Translations under genes and position numbers: made by a program
Assembly: GCF_900187275.1 (NCBI RefSeq)
Contig: NZ_LT906458.1
Coordinates: forward strand, 630,001-662,000
DNA from: Pasteurella multocida
Lineage (GTDB): Bacteria > Pseudomonadota > Gammaproteobacteria > Enterobacterales > Pasteurellaceae
Direction: 5' to 3'
DNA: 32,000 nt
The notes under the pieces: model-generated
The model's database searches: none
What the model saw: the letters and a program-made list of their open reading frames with translations, nothing else
Told to the model about the DNA's origin: nothing
In this document: positions 1 through 7,447 of the stretch, piece by piece
Position numbering within the stretch: the first letter of the stretch is position 1
Layout of the letters: every line of letters starts with the position of its first letter

Positions 1-1
1 T

Positions 2-532
2 ACGCAATACAAGCGTGTCTTAACGCAAGAAAGTCATGCAAACTGGGGCTTAAATGCCCCAATTGCAGTCTTTGCGGCACAAGTTCATCAAGAGTCAAAC
101 TGGAATGTAAAAGCCATCTCGCCTGTTGGCGCACAAGGCTTAACGCAATTCATGCCATCAACGGCAAAATGGATAGCTCAACGCTATCCCTCACTTGCCA
201 TAAATCAGCCATTTAACCCTAACTGGGCGCTTCGAGCTTTAGTCGTTTACAACAAATACCACTACGACAAGATTGCCGCAAAAACGGAATGTGACCGCAT
301 TGCATTTACGTTATCAGCGTATAACGGTGGCTTAGGTTGGGTGCAGCGTGACAAGAAGAAAGCCCAAGCACAAGGGTTGGATCCCTTGTTGTACTGGAAT
401 AACGTCGAACAAGTAAATGCTGGTCGAAGTCGGGCTAATTTTGCTGAAAACCGTGGCTATCCAAAACGAATTATCTACTACTGGCAGCCACGCTATATAA
501 CCTGGGGAAATACCGTATGTTTGCACGATTAA
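2..532 (+). CDS. Phage endolysin, SLT-family lytic transglycosylase (5' partial; the frame is open from the window edge)
   Basis: The frame stays open from nt 2 with no stop. Translation reads ...AAQVHQESNWNVKAISPVGAQGLTQFMPSTAKW...AYNGG..., which carries the E-S catalytic motif, GLxQ and AYNxG typical of SLT domains. It sits directly upstream of a spanin pair. Confidence 0.75.
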   Translation, partial: TQYKRVLTQESHANWGLNAPIAVFAAQVHQESNWNVKAISPVGAQGLTQFMPSTAKWIAQRYPSLAINQPFNPNWALRALVVYNKYHYDKIAAKTECDRIAFTLSAYNGGLGWVQRDKKKAQAQGLDPLLYWNNVEQVNAGRSRANFAENRGYPKRIIYYWQPRYITWGNTVCLHD

Positions 533-963
533 TTAAAGGACTGTTTAGTAGTAGCCTTGGTAAGCATTTGATTAATGGCATATTAATTGCTGTAGTCTCT
601 ATTTGGGGCTACTACCAAGCCTATAAAAGTGGTTATCAAGCGTCTCGTTTAGAATTTGAAATTATTAAAAACCAAGTGGTACAGGCGCAGTTACTTGCGC
701 TGGATAAACAAATTAAACAAGCCAATCAAGCGAATTTAGCCCTAAGTGAAAATTTAGGGCGTTATCAGCAACTGGGAGATAAGACCACAGATGAATTACA
801 AAAAATATTGGCAAAAACAAATGAACTACGTCGCCATTGCCAGTTTAATGCTGACAGCATGCACGCACTCAATCTCGCCCGCACCCGTGCAGCCCAAGCA
901 GTTACCCGCGGTATTGGCAATACCATGTCAAGCACCAGTGCCATTACCAATGAATCAAAGTGA
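517..963 (+). CDS. i-spanin (Rz-like inner-membrane spanin subunit)
   Basis: It has an N-terminal TM helix (LINGILIAVVSIWGYYQAY) followed by a long coiled-coil-like Q/A/L-rich region. It lies just after the endolysin and contains the start of a lipoprotein gene in the +1 frame. Confidence 0.6.
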   Translation: MFARLIKGLFSSSLGKHLINGILIAVVSIWGYYQAYKSGYQASRLEFEIIKNQVVQAQLLALDKQIKQANQANLALSENLGRYQQLGDKTTDELQKILAKTNELRRHCQFNADSMHALNLARTRAAQAVTRGIGNTMSSTSAITNESK

Positions 964-1063
964 TGCGGTATTCATCGCATTAAAGCAAATGTATGACTTA
1001 TATGGCGAATGCGCGGGACGGCATATTGAATTAATAAACTATATTATCAGGGAGGAAAAATGA
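791..1063 (+). CDS. o-spanin (Rz1-like outer-membrane lipoprotein)
   Basis: The signal peptide has a basic n-region and the lipobox L-T-A-C (..VAIASLMLTAC). The mature part is proline-rich (SPAPVQPKQLPAVLAIPCQAPVPLP). The gene starts inside the Rz-like gene in another frame and extends 100 nt beyond it. An alternative start is at 821. Confidence 0.7.
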   Translation: MNYKKYWQKQMNYVAIASLMLTACTHSISPAPVQPKQLPAVLAIPCQAPVPLPMNQSDAVFIALKQMYDLYGECAGRHIELINYIIREEK

Positions 1064-1410
1064 TTGAGGTTGGGGGCTGGCAAGTGATCACTTTCTTTGT
1101 GAGTCTTGTCATTACAATTATCGGCATGTTGATTGGTTTCGGTAAGCTTTTACTCTCACAATTTGAGGCAAAACTGAATGAAAAATTTAAATTCAGTGAA
1201 GAACGATACAGACAACTGCATGATGATATTAAAGCAGCTAAAGACTTATCTGAAGCAGCGAATAAAACAGTGACAGAGTTAAAAACATCATTACCACTTG
1301 ATTACCAGCGTCGAGAAGACGCAGTGCGTAGTGAAACAGTCAATTCGGCACGTTATGACACAATTAACGAAAAGCTGGATAAAGTCATTTTAATGTATGG
1401 ACGGAGCTAA
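1060..1410 (+). CDS. Membrane-anchored coiled-coil protein of unknown function (between the lysis and packaging modules)
   Basis: Its ATGA start overlaps the o-spanin stop. It has an N-terminal TM helix (WQVITFFVSLVITIIGMLIGFG) followed by a charged helical region. Confidence 0.5.
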   Translation: MIEVGGWQVITFFVSLVITIIGMLIGFGKLLLSQFEAKLNEKFKFSEERYRQLHDDIKAAKDLSEAANKTVTELKTSLPLDYQRREDAVRSETVNSARYDTINEKLDKVILMYGRS

Positions 1411-1411
1411 C

Positions 1412-1717
1412 ATGATTGAATTTGACAAAAACAAACGCGAGCACATTCGGTGGCTTATTTTATTAACACTTGACCACGCACGTCCTATCGGAGCCGCAGA
1501 AAGTCTTATTTTAAGCACGATCCAATGTGTGCCAATGCAATTAACGGCATTAGAACTTAGACGTGAATTAGATTACTTAGCAGGTAAAGAACTCATTTGC
1601 ATCACAGGTCGTGAAACCATGCGTTGGCATGCCAAACTCACAAGTAAAGGTATTGACGTTGTGGAATATACCGCGCCTGTTGGCGCTGGGATTGCTCGTC
1701 CAGAAAAATATTGGTAA
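1412..1717 (+). CDS. Small winged-helix-like phage protein of unknown function
   Basis: I moved the start to the ATG at 1412 (MIEFDK..), which has GGAG just upstream and lies 1 nt after the preceding stop. The position upstream of the gp27-like gene is conserved in Mu-like phages. Confidence 0.5.
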   Translation: MIEFDKNKREHIRWLILLTLDHARPIGAAESLILSTIQCVPMQLTALELRRELDYLAGKELICITGRETMRWHAKLTSKGIDVVEYTAPVGAGIARPEKYW

Positions 1718-1728
1718 TGGAGGTATCT

Positions 1729-2268
1729 ATGCCAAAACGTTCTACGGTAAAAGCATTACCTCAATCAATTAGAGATTGGCTTGATTCTGCACTAGTTGAA
1801 AATAATTTTAGTGGTTATCGTGAGCTTGAAGATGAACTTAAAAAGCGTGGTTATGACATTTCAAAAAGTGCAGTCCATCGCTACGGGCAAAAGCTTGAAC
1901 AACGTCTCGCGTCAATAAAAGCAAGTGCCGAAGCCGCTAAAGTTATTTCTGAAAATATCAGTAATGAAAAAGGTGTCCAAAGTGATGCGATTTTAGAAAT
2001 GATCCAAAGCGAAGTGTTTCAGGCGTTAATGAGTCTTGAGGAAATAAAAGAAGAAGACGACCCAATGAAACGCCTGGCGGCATTATCCTTTGTCGGGAAA
2101 AACATCAGCCCGTTGATTGGAGCAAGTATCAATCTGAAAAAATACCAAGCTGAAATTAAAGCTCGTGCTGAGGCTGCTGCAAAAGAAGTGGATAAAGTTG
2201 TGAAGAAAAACGGCTTAACAGAAGAAACAGCAGAGCAAATTCGAAAACAAATTTTAGGTATTGTGTAA
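1729..2268 (+). CDS. Mu gp27-like protein (DUF3486), putative terminase small subunit
   Basis: GGAGG lies 6 nt upstream of the ATG at 1729. The N-terminus MPKRSTVKALPQSIRDWLDSALVENNFSGYRELEDELKKRGYDISKSAVHRYGQKLEQRL matches the gp27/DUF3486 pattern as I remember it. Confidence 0.7.
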   Translation: MPKRSTVKALPQSIRDWLDSALVENNFSGYRELEDELKKRGYDISKSAVHRYGQKLEQRLASIKASAEAAKVISENISNEKGVQSDAILEMIQSEVFQALMSLEEIKEEDDPMKRLAALSFVGKNISPLIGASINLKKYQAEIKARAEAAAKEVDKVVKKNGLTEETAEQIRKQILGIV

Positions 2269-3884
2269 TGACTAAACCAAACCAAGGTGCTATTGGCATA
2301 CTTCCATTTAAACAGTCTGTTGTGTCATTGCAAGTGCAGCATAATTATAAAACTCCGATGTTGTTACTTGGCTATCAACAGCGATGGTGTGCGGATTTAA
2401 CACCAGTCAAAGTTTGTGAGAAATCTCGCCGTATCGGGTTATCTTGGGGTGAGGCGGCAGACAGTGCATTGCTTGCTGCTTCTCAAAAGGGTATGGATAC
2501 TTGGTACATCGGTTATAACAAAGATATGGCGCAGGAATTTATCCGTGATTGTGCTGATTGGGCTAAAGTATATGGATTAGCTGCAGGCGAAATTGAAGAA
2601 ACAGAAGAAATATTCAAGGATGGAGATGAAGAAAAAGCCATTCTTGCTTATATCATCCGTTTTGCTAGTGGCTGGCGCATTACCGCACTGTCCTCCCGTC
2701 CGTCTAACTTACGGGGTAAGCAAGGTCGTGTGATTATTGACGAAGCAGCGTTCCATGATGATTTAGCAGAGTTGATGAAAGCAGCCATGGCGCTCCTAAT
2801 GTGGGGTGGTCAAGTGCATATTATCAGCACGCATAATGGGGTCGATAACCCTTTTAATGAATTAGTAGAGGATGTTAAAGCTGGTAAAAAACCATACAGT
2901 TTACACACAATACCATTTGACGATGCGATTGAAGATGGGGTTTATCAACGCATTTGTTTGCGCTTAGGGCGTGAATGGACAAAAGAAAGTGAACAAGCAT
3001 GGGTTGCTCAAATTAGAGCATCTTACGGTGATGCAGCATCAGAAGAGTTAGACTGTATTCCGAAAAATTCAGGCGGTGCCTGGCTTACTCGTGCACTTAT
3101 CGAAAGCCGAATGAGTAAAGAGACACCACTTATCCGCTTAACTAAGAATGATGAGTTTAGCTTAATAGATGAGCCAGTCCGTTACGCCGAAGTCGAAGAA
3201 TGGTGCGAAGAAAATCTCTTACCTGTATTGCAAGCACTACCACAAGGACAGCGCAGTTATCTCGGTGAGGATTTTGCCCGCACTGGTGACTTATCTGTGA
3301 TTTGTGTGGGGCAAGAGCAATCAGATTTAACACTGAAAGAGGTTCTTGTCGTTGAGATGTCAAAAATCCCTTTCAAACAACAAGAACAAGTTTATTACTA
3401 TATTGGCGACCGATTGCCGCGCTTTTCTAAAGCAGCGAACGATGGACGCGGCAACGGACAATTTTTATCTGAAGCCGCATTTGACCGCTACGGACAAATC
3501 ATCGAATCAGTGATGTTAAGTCAGTCGTGGTATGCAGAACATGCACCACCATTTAAAGCGGCACTCGAGGACGGTACATTTCACGGCATCCCACATCACG
3601 CAGATATGCTAGACGATTTGCGGGCATTTCAAGTCATCAAAGGCACACCTCGTATTCCAGATAAACGAACGCAAGGTAACAATGGCACGCAACGCCACGG
3701 TGATGCTGGCATTGCAAAATTGTTATTGTATTACGCTTATCGTACTGACAGTGGTTTTGAAATTGATTTTAAATCTATTGGTAAACGTGAAACGAGTTCA
3801 CTTTTTAATAACAGTTATGCAGTGAAAAAAACACGACGTGGCTTTGGCACAATTCGCGGCGGTAATGATTTTAGAGGATATTAG
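2268..3884 (+). CDS. Terminase large subunit (Mu gp28-like)
   Basis: This 538-aa ORF has a TAATG overlap with the gp27-like gene and lies immediately upstream of the portal gene. The size and position match Mu gp28. Confidence 0.8.
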   Translation: MTKPNQGAIGILPFKQSVVSLQVQHNYKTPMLLLGYQQRWCADLTPVKVCEKSRRIGLSWGEAADSALLAASQKGMDTWYIGYNKDMAQEFIRDCADWAKVYGLAAGEIEETEEIFKDGDEEKAILAYIIRFASGWRITALSSRPSNLRGKQGRVIIDEAAFHDDLAELMKAAMALLMWGGQVHIISTHNGVDNPFNELVEDVKAGKKPYSLHTIPFDDAIEDGVYQRICLRLGREWTKESEQAWVAQIRASYGDAASEELDCIPKNSGGAWLTRALIESRMSKETPLIRLTKNDEFSLIDEPVRYAEVEEWCEENLLPVLQALPQGQRSYLGEDFARTGDLSVICVGQEQSDLTLKEVLVVEMSKIPFKQQEQVYYYIGDRLPRFSKAANDGRGNGQFLSEAAFDRYGQIIESVMLSQSWYAEHAPPFKAALEDGTFHGIPHHADMLDDLRAFQVIKGTPRIPDKRTQGNNGTQRHGDAGIAKLLLYYAYRTDSGFEIDFKSIGKRETSSLFNNSYAVKKTRRGFGTIRGGNDFRGY

Positions 3885-3886
3885 GC

Positions 3887-5410
3887 ATGGCTATAACAGA
3901 TTGGTTTAAAAGTAAAAATAAAAAACCTGAAGTAAATAGAGAAATCGCCACAACAGGTGATGGACAGGATATTACAAAAGGTTATGTGAATGCACTAGCA
4001 GAACCTGAAGATGGCGTGTTACGTCTTCGTGGCGGTGGGGATTTAAGCATATATGAGCAAGTGTTAAGTGACGAAGAAGTAAAGCGAACATTTACACAAC
4101 GACAAGATGCACTCATTGCAAAAGAATGGATTGTTGAACCTGCATCAGAAGAACCACAAGACATTGCTGCAGCGGATTTCATTCGTGACTGGGTGAATAG
4201 TATTGGTTTTGACCGCGTGACTAAATTGATGCACTTCGGTGTGTTTTACGGCTATGCCGTGGCAGAATTAATCTATCGTATCAATGAAGAAGGGAAATAT
4301 ATCGCGGATATTAAAGTGCGTAACCGTCGTCGCTTTCGTTTTACTCCTAAAGGTGAACTGCGCTTATTAACAAGAGATAATCAAACAGAAGGTATTGAAT
4401 GTCCTGCACCGTATTTTTGGACTTTTTGCACAGGCTCTGATCATGATGATGAACCTTACGGTATCGGTTTGGCTCATTGGCTTTACTGGTCAAGCTTATT
4501 TAAGCGTAATGGTGTTAAATTTTGGCTCATTTTTTTAGAAAAGTTCGGTATGCCAACCGCACTCGGACGTTATGGCAAAAATGCCAGTCCAACCGATCAA
4601 GATAAATTGCTTGAAGCAATCTATTCCATTCAATCTGATAGTGGCATTATAGTCCCTGCAGATATGCCAATTGAATTATTAAGCGCAGGACGTAGTGGTA
4701 CAGCAGATTACAAAGCCTTATTTGACACAATGAATGAGTCCATCCAACGTATTGTGCTTGGACAAACGTCCTCATCAGGAGGTACGCCTGGCAGACTTGG
4801 TAATGATGAGTTACAAGAAAAAGTATTAGAATCGATTATTAAAGCGGATTCTGATGTCATTTGTGAGTCATTTAATCAAGGACCTGTAACATGGTTAACT
4901 CAAATGAACTTTGCTACTGCCAAACCACCTAGGGTTTATCGTATATTTGAAGAAATGGAAGATTTAACGGATAAAGCTAAACGTGATCAGATTGTCTTTG
5001 AAACCACAGGTTATCGTCCAACATTGGCACAAATTGAAGCCAATTATGGCGGAGAATGGGAGAAAGCAGAAGTTGAGAGTGACAATCATCCTGCTCCAGA
5101 AAAGAAAAATAAGGCGAAAAAAACAGCAGATTTTGCAGAGCACCAGCATCATCATAGCGATATTCCCGCGCAAATGACCGATTTATTGGGTGAGAACTTA
5201 CAACCTGTTGTGAGTGATTGGATTAAACAAGTAAGAGAATTAGTGAATAACGCCACTTCACTTGAACAAGTGCGCGATGAATTATTGACACTCATGCCTG
5301 AAATGTCGCTTGAGCAATATACCAATGCACTAGCAATCGCATTAGGTGCTGCGCATTTAGCGGGGCAAAATGCCGTGATTGATGAGGTTAAAGATGAACA
5401 CCGTGTATAG
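3887..5410 (+). CDS. Portal protein (Mu gp29-like, DUF935 family)
   Basis: This 507-aa ORF lies between the terminase and MuF genes. The sequence character is typical of gp29-type portals. Confidence 0.85.
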   Translation: MAITDWFKSKNKKPEVNREIATTGDGQDITKGYVNALAEPEDGVLRLRGGGDLSIYEQVLSDEEVKRTFTQRQDALIAKEWIVEPASEEPQDIAAADFIRDWVNSIGFDRVTKLMHFGVFYGYAVAELIYRINEEGKYIADIKVRNRRRFRFTPKGELRLLTRDNQTEGIECPAPYFWTFCTGSDHDDEPYGIGLAHWLYWSSLFKRNGVKFWLIFLEKFGMPTALGRYGKNASPTDQDKLLEAIYSIQSDSGIIVPADMPIELLSAGRSGTADYKALFDTMNESIQRIVLGQTSSSGGTPGRLGNDELQEKVLESIIKADSDVICESFNQGPVTWLTQMNFATAKPPRVYRIFEEMEDLTDKAKRDQIVFETTGYRPTLAQIEANYGGEWEKAEVESDNHPAPEKKNKAKKTADFAEHQHHHSDIPAQMTDLLGENLQPVVSDWIKQVRELVNNATSLEQVRDELLTLMPEMSLEQYTNALAIALGAAHLAGQNAVIDEVKDEHRV

Positions 5411-6632
5411 TCGTTTACCTTTCCGTGAGCAAGTCGAGTTTTACAAGCGCAAAATTCCAACACCGACAGCCACATGGACTGATATTTATGCGGCAGAGCA
5501 TGATTATGCTGCCGTAGTTGCAGGAGCTCATCGTCGGGAAATCATTGAAGATTTTGCAGCAGCCATTCAAGATTTTATTGAAAATGGCAAAACCCTTGAG
5601 GATTTTCGCCAAGCTTTTGATGAAATCGTTAAAAAACATCAGTGGCAATATAAAGGTGGACGCAACTGGCGCAGTCGCGTGATTTATGAAACAAATTTAC
5701 GTTCTAGTTATCAAGCTGGGCGGTATGCACAGCTTGATGAAATGCGAGAGTCAATGCCGTACTGGGAATATGTACATTCCGATGCGGTGATCCATCCTCG
5801 TCCTGAACATATGGCATGGGATGGGTTAATTTTACGCCACGATGACCCATGGTGGAAAACGCACTTTCCAATTAATGCCTGGGGCTGTCAATGTTCAGTG
5901 ATCGCCCGTAGTCAACGGTACATGGATAAAATGGGGCTACAAATTGATACTGCCCCACCGTTACAATTAGAGCCTAAAATTGTCGGCGCGCGCTCTGCAA
6001 ATCCGCGATTAGTTAATGTACCAAAAGGCATTGATCCTGGTTTTGAATACGCGCCAGGTGCATCTAGGCTAGAAAGCCATGTCCCTTTTAATCGTGATAG
6101 CGACAATACGAAGCGTGTAAGTGTTTTTCCAGCACGTGCTCAAACAGATATTGAAATGCCCTTACCTCGTAAGTTAAGCAGTGAGAAAATTCTCCCTTCA
6201 GATCAAAGTGATGAATTTTATATTCAGCATTTTTTAAGTGAATTTAATGCGACTAGCGGTAAACCTGTTGTCTTTTTTGATGTTATGCAGGAACCTTTGG
6301 TGATCAGCAAGTCACTTTTTACTTCACGCAGTGGTCATTCAAAATTGAAAAAGCGAGGTCGTGAAAAATATATGCTATTGCTTGCTGAGGCATTAAAGTT
6401 CCCAGATGAGATTTGGGTCCAAACTGAGTATTTTCACGATATTAAACACCTTGTTGTTCGACGTCGTTATATTTCACGTATTGAAATTGAAGAAAATGGC
6501 GAAATTATTCCGACACTTGCTGTATTTGAAGTGGGGAAAGATGGCTGGATTGGCATAACTGACTTTGTGGCAGAAAAAGCAGACTATATTAAACAAGTTC
6601 GCTCTGGCATATTGCTTTATCGCCGAGAATAA
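5394..6632 (+). CDS. MuF (gp30) head morphogenesis protein with an additional C-terminal domain
   Basis: The MuF core reads ..WRSRVIYETNLRSSYQAGRY..HPRPEHMAWDGLILRHDDPWWKTHFPINAWGCQCSV... The likely start is the ATG at 5394 (MNTVYS), which has GAGG upstream. An extra domain of ~140 aa follows a Pro-rich linker. Confidence 0.9.
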   Translation: MNTVYSRLPFREQVEFYKRKIPTPTATWTDIYAAEHDYAAVVAGAHRREIIEDFAAAIQDFIENGKTLEDFRQAFDEIVKKHQWQYKGGRNWRSRVIYETNLRSSYQAGRYAQLDEMRESMPYWEYVHSDAVIHPRPEHMAWDGLILRHDDPWWKTHFPINAWGCQCSVIARSQRYMDKMGLQIDTAPPLQLEPKIVGARSANPRLVNVPKGIDPGFEYAPGASRLESHVPFNRDSDNTKRVSVFPARAQTDIEMPLPRKLSSEKILPSDQSDEFYIQHFLSEFNATSGKPVVFFDVMQEPLVISKSLFTSRSGHSKLKKRGREKYMLLLAEALKFPDEIWVQTEYFHDIKHLVVRRRYISRIEIEENGEIIPTLAVFEVGKDGWIGITDFVAEKADYIKQVRSGILLYRRE

Positions 6633-6729
6633 AAAAACCTCACTGGCTGCCACAAGTGAGGTGTGTCGAGGAATTGGAGGACTTGGCAGAGTCGTACTTC
6701 CTCGCTTCAAATTAACTATAGGATGAAAT

Positions 6730-7230
6730 ATGAGTGGCGTCAAGATTGAAATAAACACAGTACAGCTTAGTAAGATCCTTAATCAAGCAATGAAGACATT
6801 GGCTAATCCTAAGTCAATGTTTGCAGAAATGGGGGAAGAATTATTATCAATTCACCGCATTCGCTTTCTTCAACAGCAGTCGCCTGATGGCACGCCCTGG
6901 CAGCCTTTAAGTGAAGAATATAAGCAATCTAAGCGTAAAAACCGAGATAAGATTTTAACGCTTGATGGACATTTAAGTGAAACATTACGTTATCAAGCCA
7001 GCAATGATGGTGTAGAATTTGGCTCAGACAGAGTGTATGCTGCCATTCACCATTTTGGCGGCAGTATTCAGCCTAAAACGGCACATGCATTACATGTTGG
7101 TGGTCGCTTTTTCAAAAATGTCACAATTCCTGCCCGCCCATGGCTGGGTATTTCAGAAAAAGACCAAGCTGAAATGTTAAATATTGCCCGACATCACATT
7201 AAAAACGCAATTAAGCCCTCAAACGCGTAA
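6730..7230 (+). CDS. Virion morphogenesis protein (Mu gpG-like)
   Basis: The motifs ..QQQSPDGTPWQPLS.. and ..DRVYAAIHHFGG..IPARPWLGIS.. are typical of the gpG family. AGGA lies upstream of the ATG. Confidence 0.8.
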   Translation: MSGVKIEINTVQLSKILNQAMKTLANPKSMFAEMGEELLSIHRIRFLQQQSPDGTPWQPLSEEYKQSKRKNRDKILTLDGHLSETLRYQASNDGVEFGSDRVYAAIHHFGGSIQPKTAHALHVGGRFFKNVTIPARPWLGISEKDQAEMLNIARHHIKNAIKPSNA

Positions 7231-7280
7231 TTTCGCATTATTTGCTGAGATGTGATAAGTTATTGCTCAAAATGACTTTG

Positions 7281-7318
7281 GCGTGTTTATAAACGTTTAT
7301 AAACGCTTAAAAACACGC
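7281..7318. promoter_or_regulatory. Compound dyad: two tandem copies of the 10-bp palindrome GTTTATAAAC (7285-7294, 7295-7304) nested inside the inverted repeat GCGTGTTT/AAACACGC (7281-7288, 7311-7318). It is a candidate operator or activator site, or a hairpin.
   Basis: Read directly from the sequence. The dyad overlaps a sigma70-like TTGCTC-N17-TTTATA (7263-7291) and is followed by TTTTAT. It lies in the 217-bp ORF-free gap between the gpG-like and gpI-like genes. Confidence 0.45.
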
Positions 7319-7447
7319 TTTTATCTCCAGCTTACTATACCTTTCTCAATATTCTCTCTTTTATTTTTCTAGACGCGTCCAAAATACAAATCTTTTTACA
7401 TTCTTCATACTGGACCTTGTGATAGTTAAAACAAGGTATTTAGTGCA

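Noticed and set aside
7231-7447. Possible anti-CRISPR (acr-aca) locus, because Pseudomonas Mu-like siphophages carry acr genes between the gpG and protease/scaffold genes
   Set aside because: Translating both strands gives no ORF longer than ~15 codons (for example ATG-TGA at 7250, a 6-codon ORF at 7272, and a 15-codon - strand ORF from 7408). The slot has no protein cargo here, and only the regulatory-looking dyad remains, which is reported as a separate finding.
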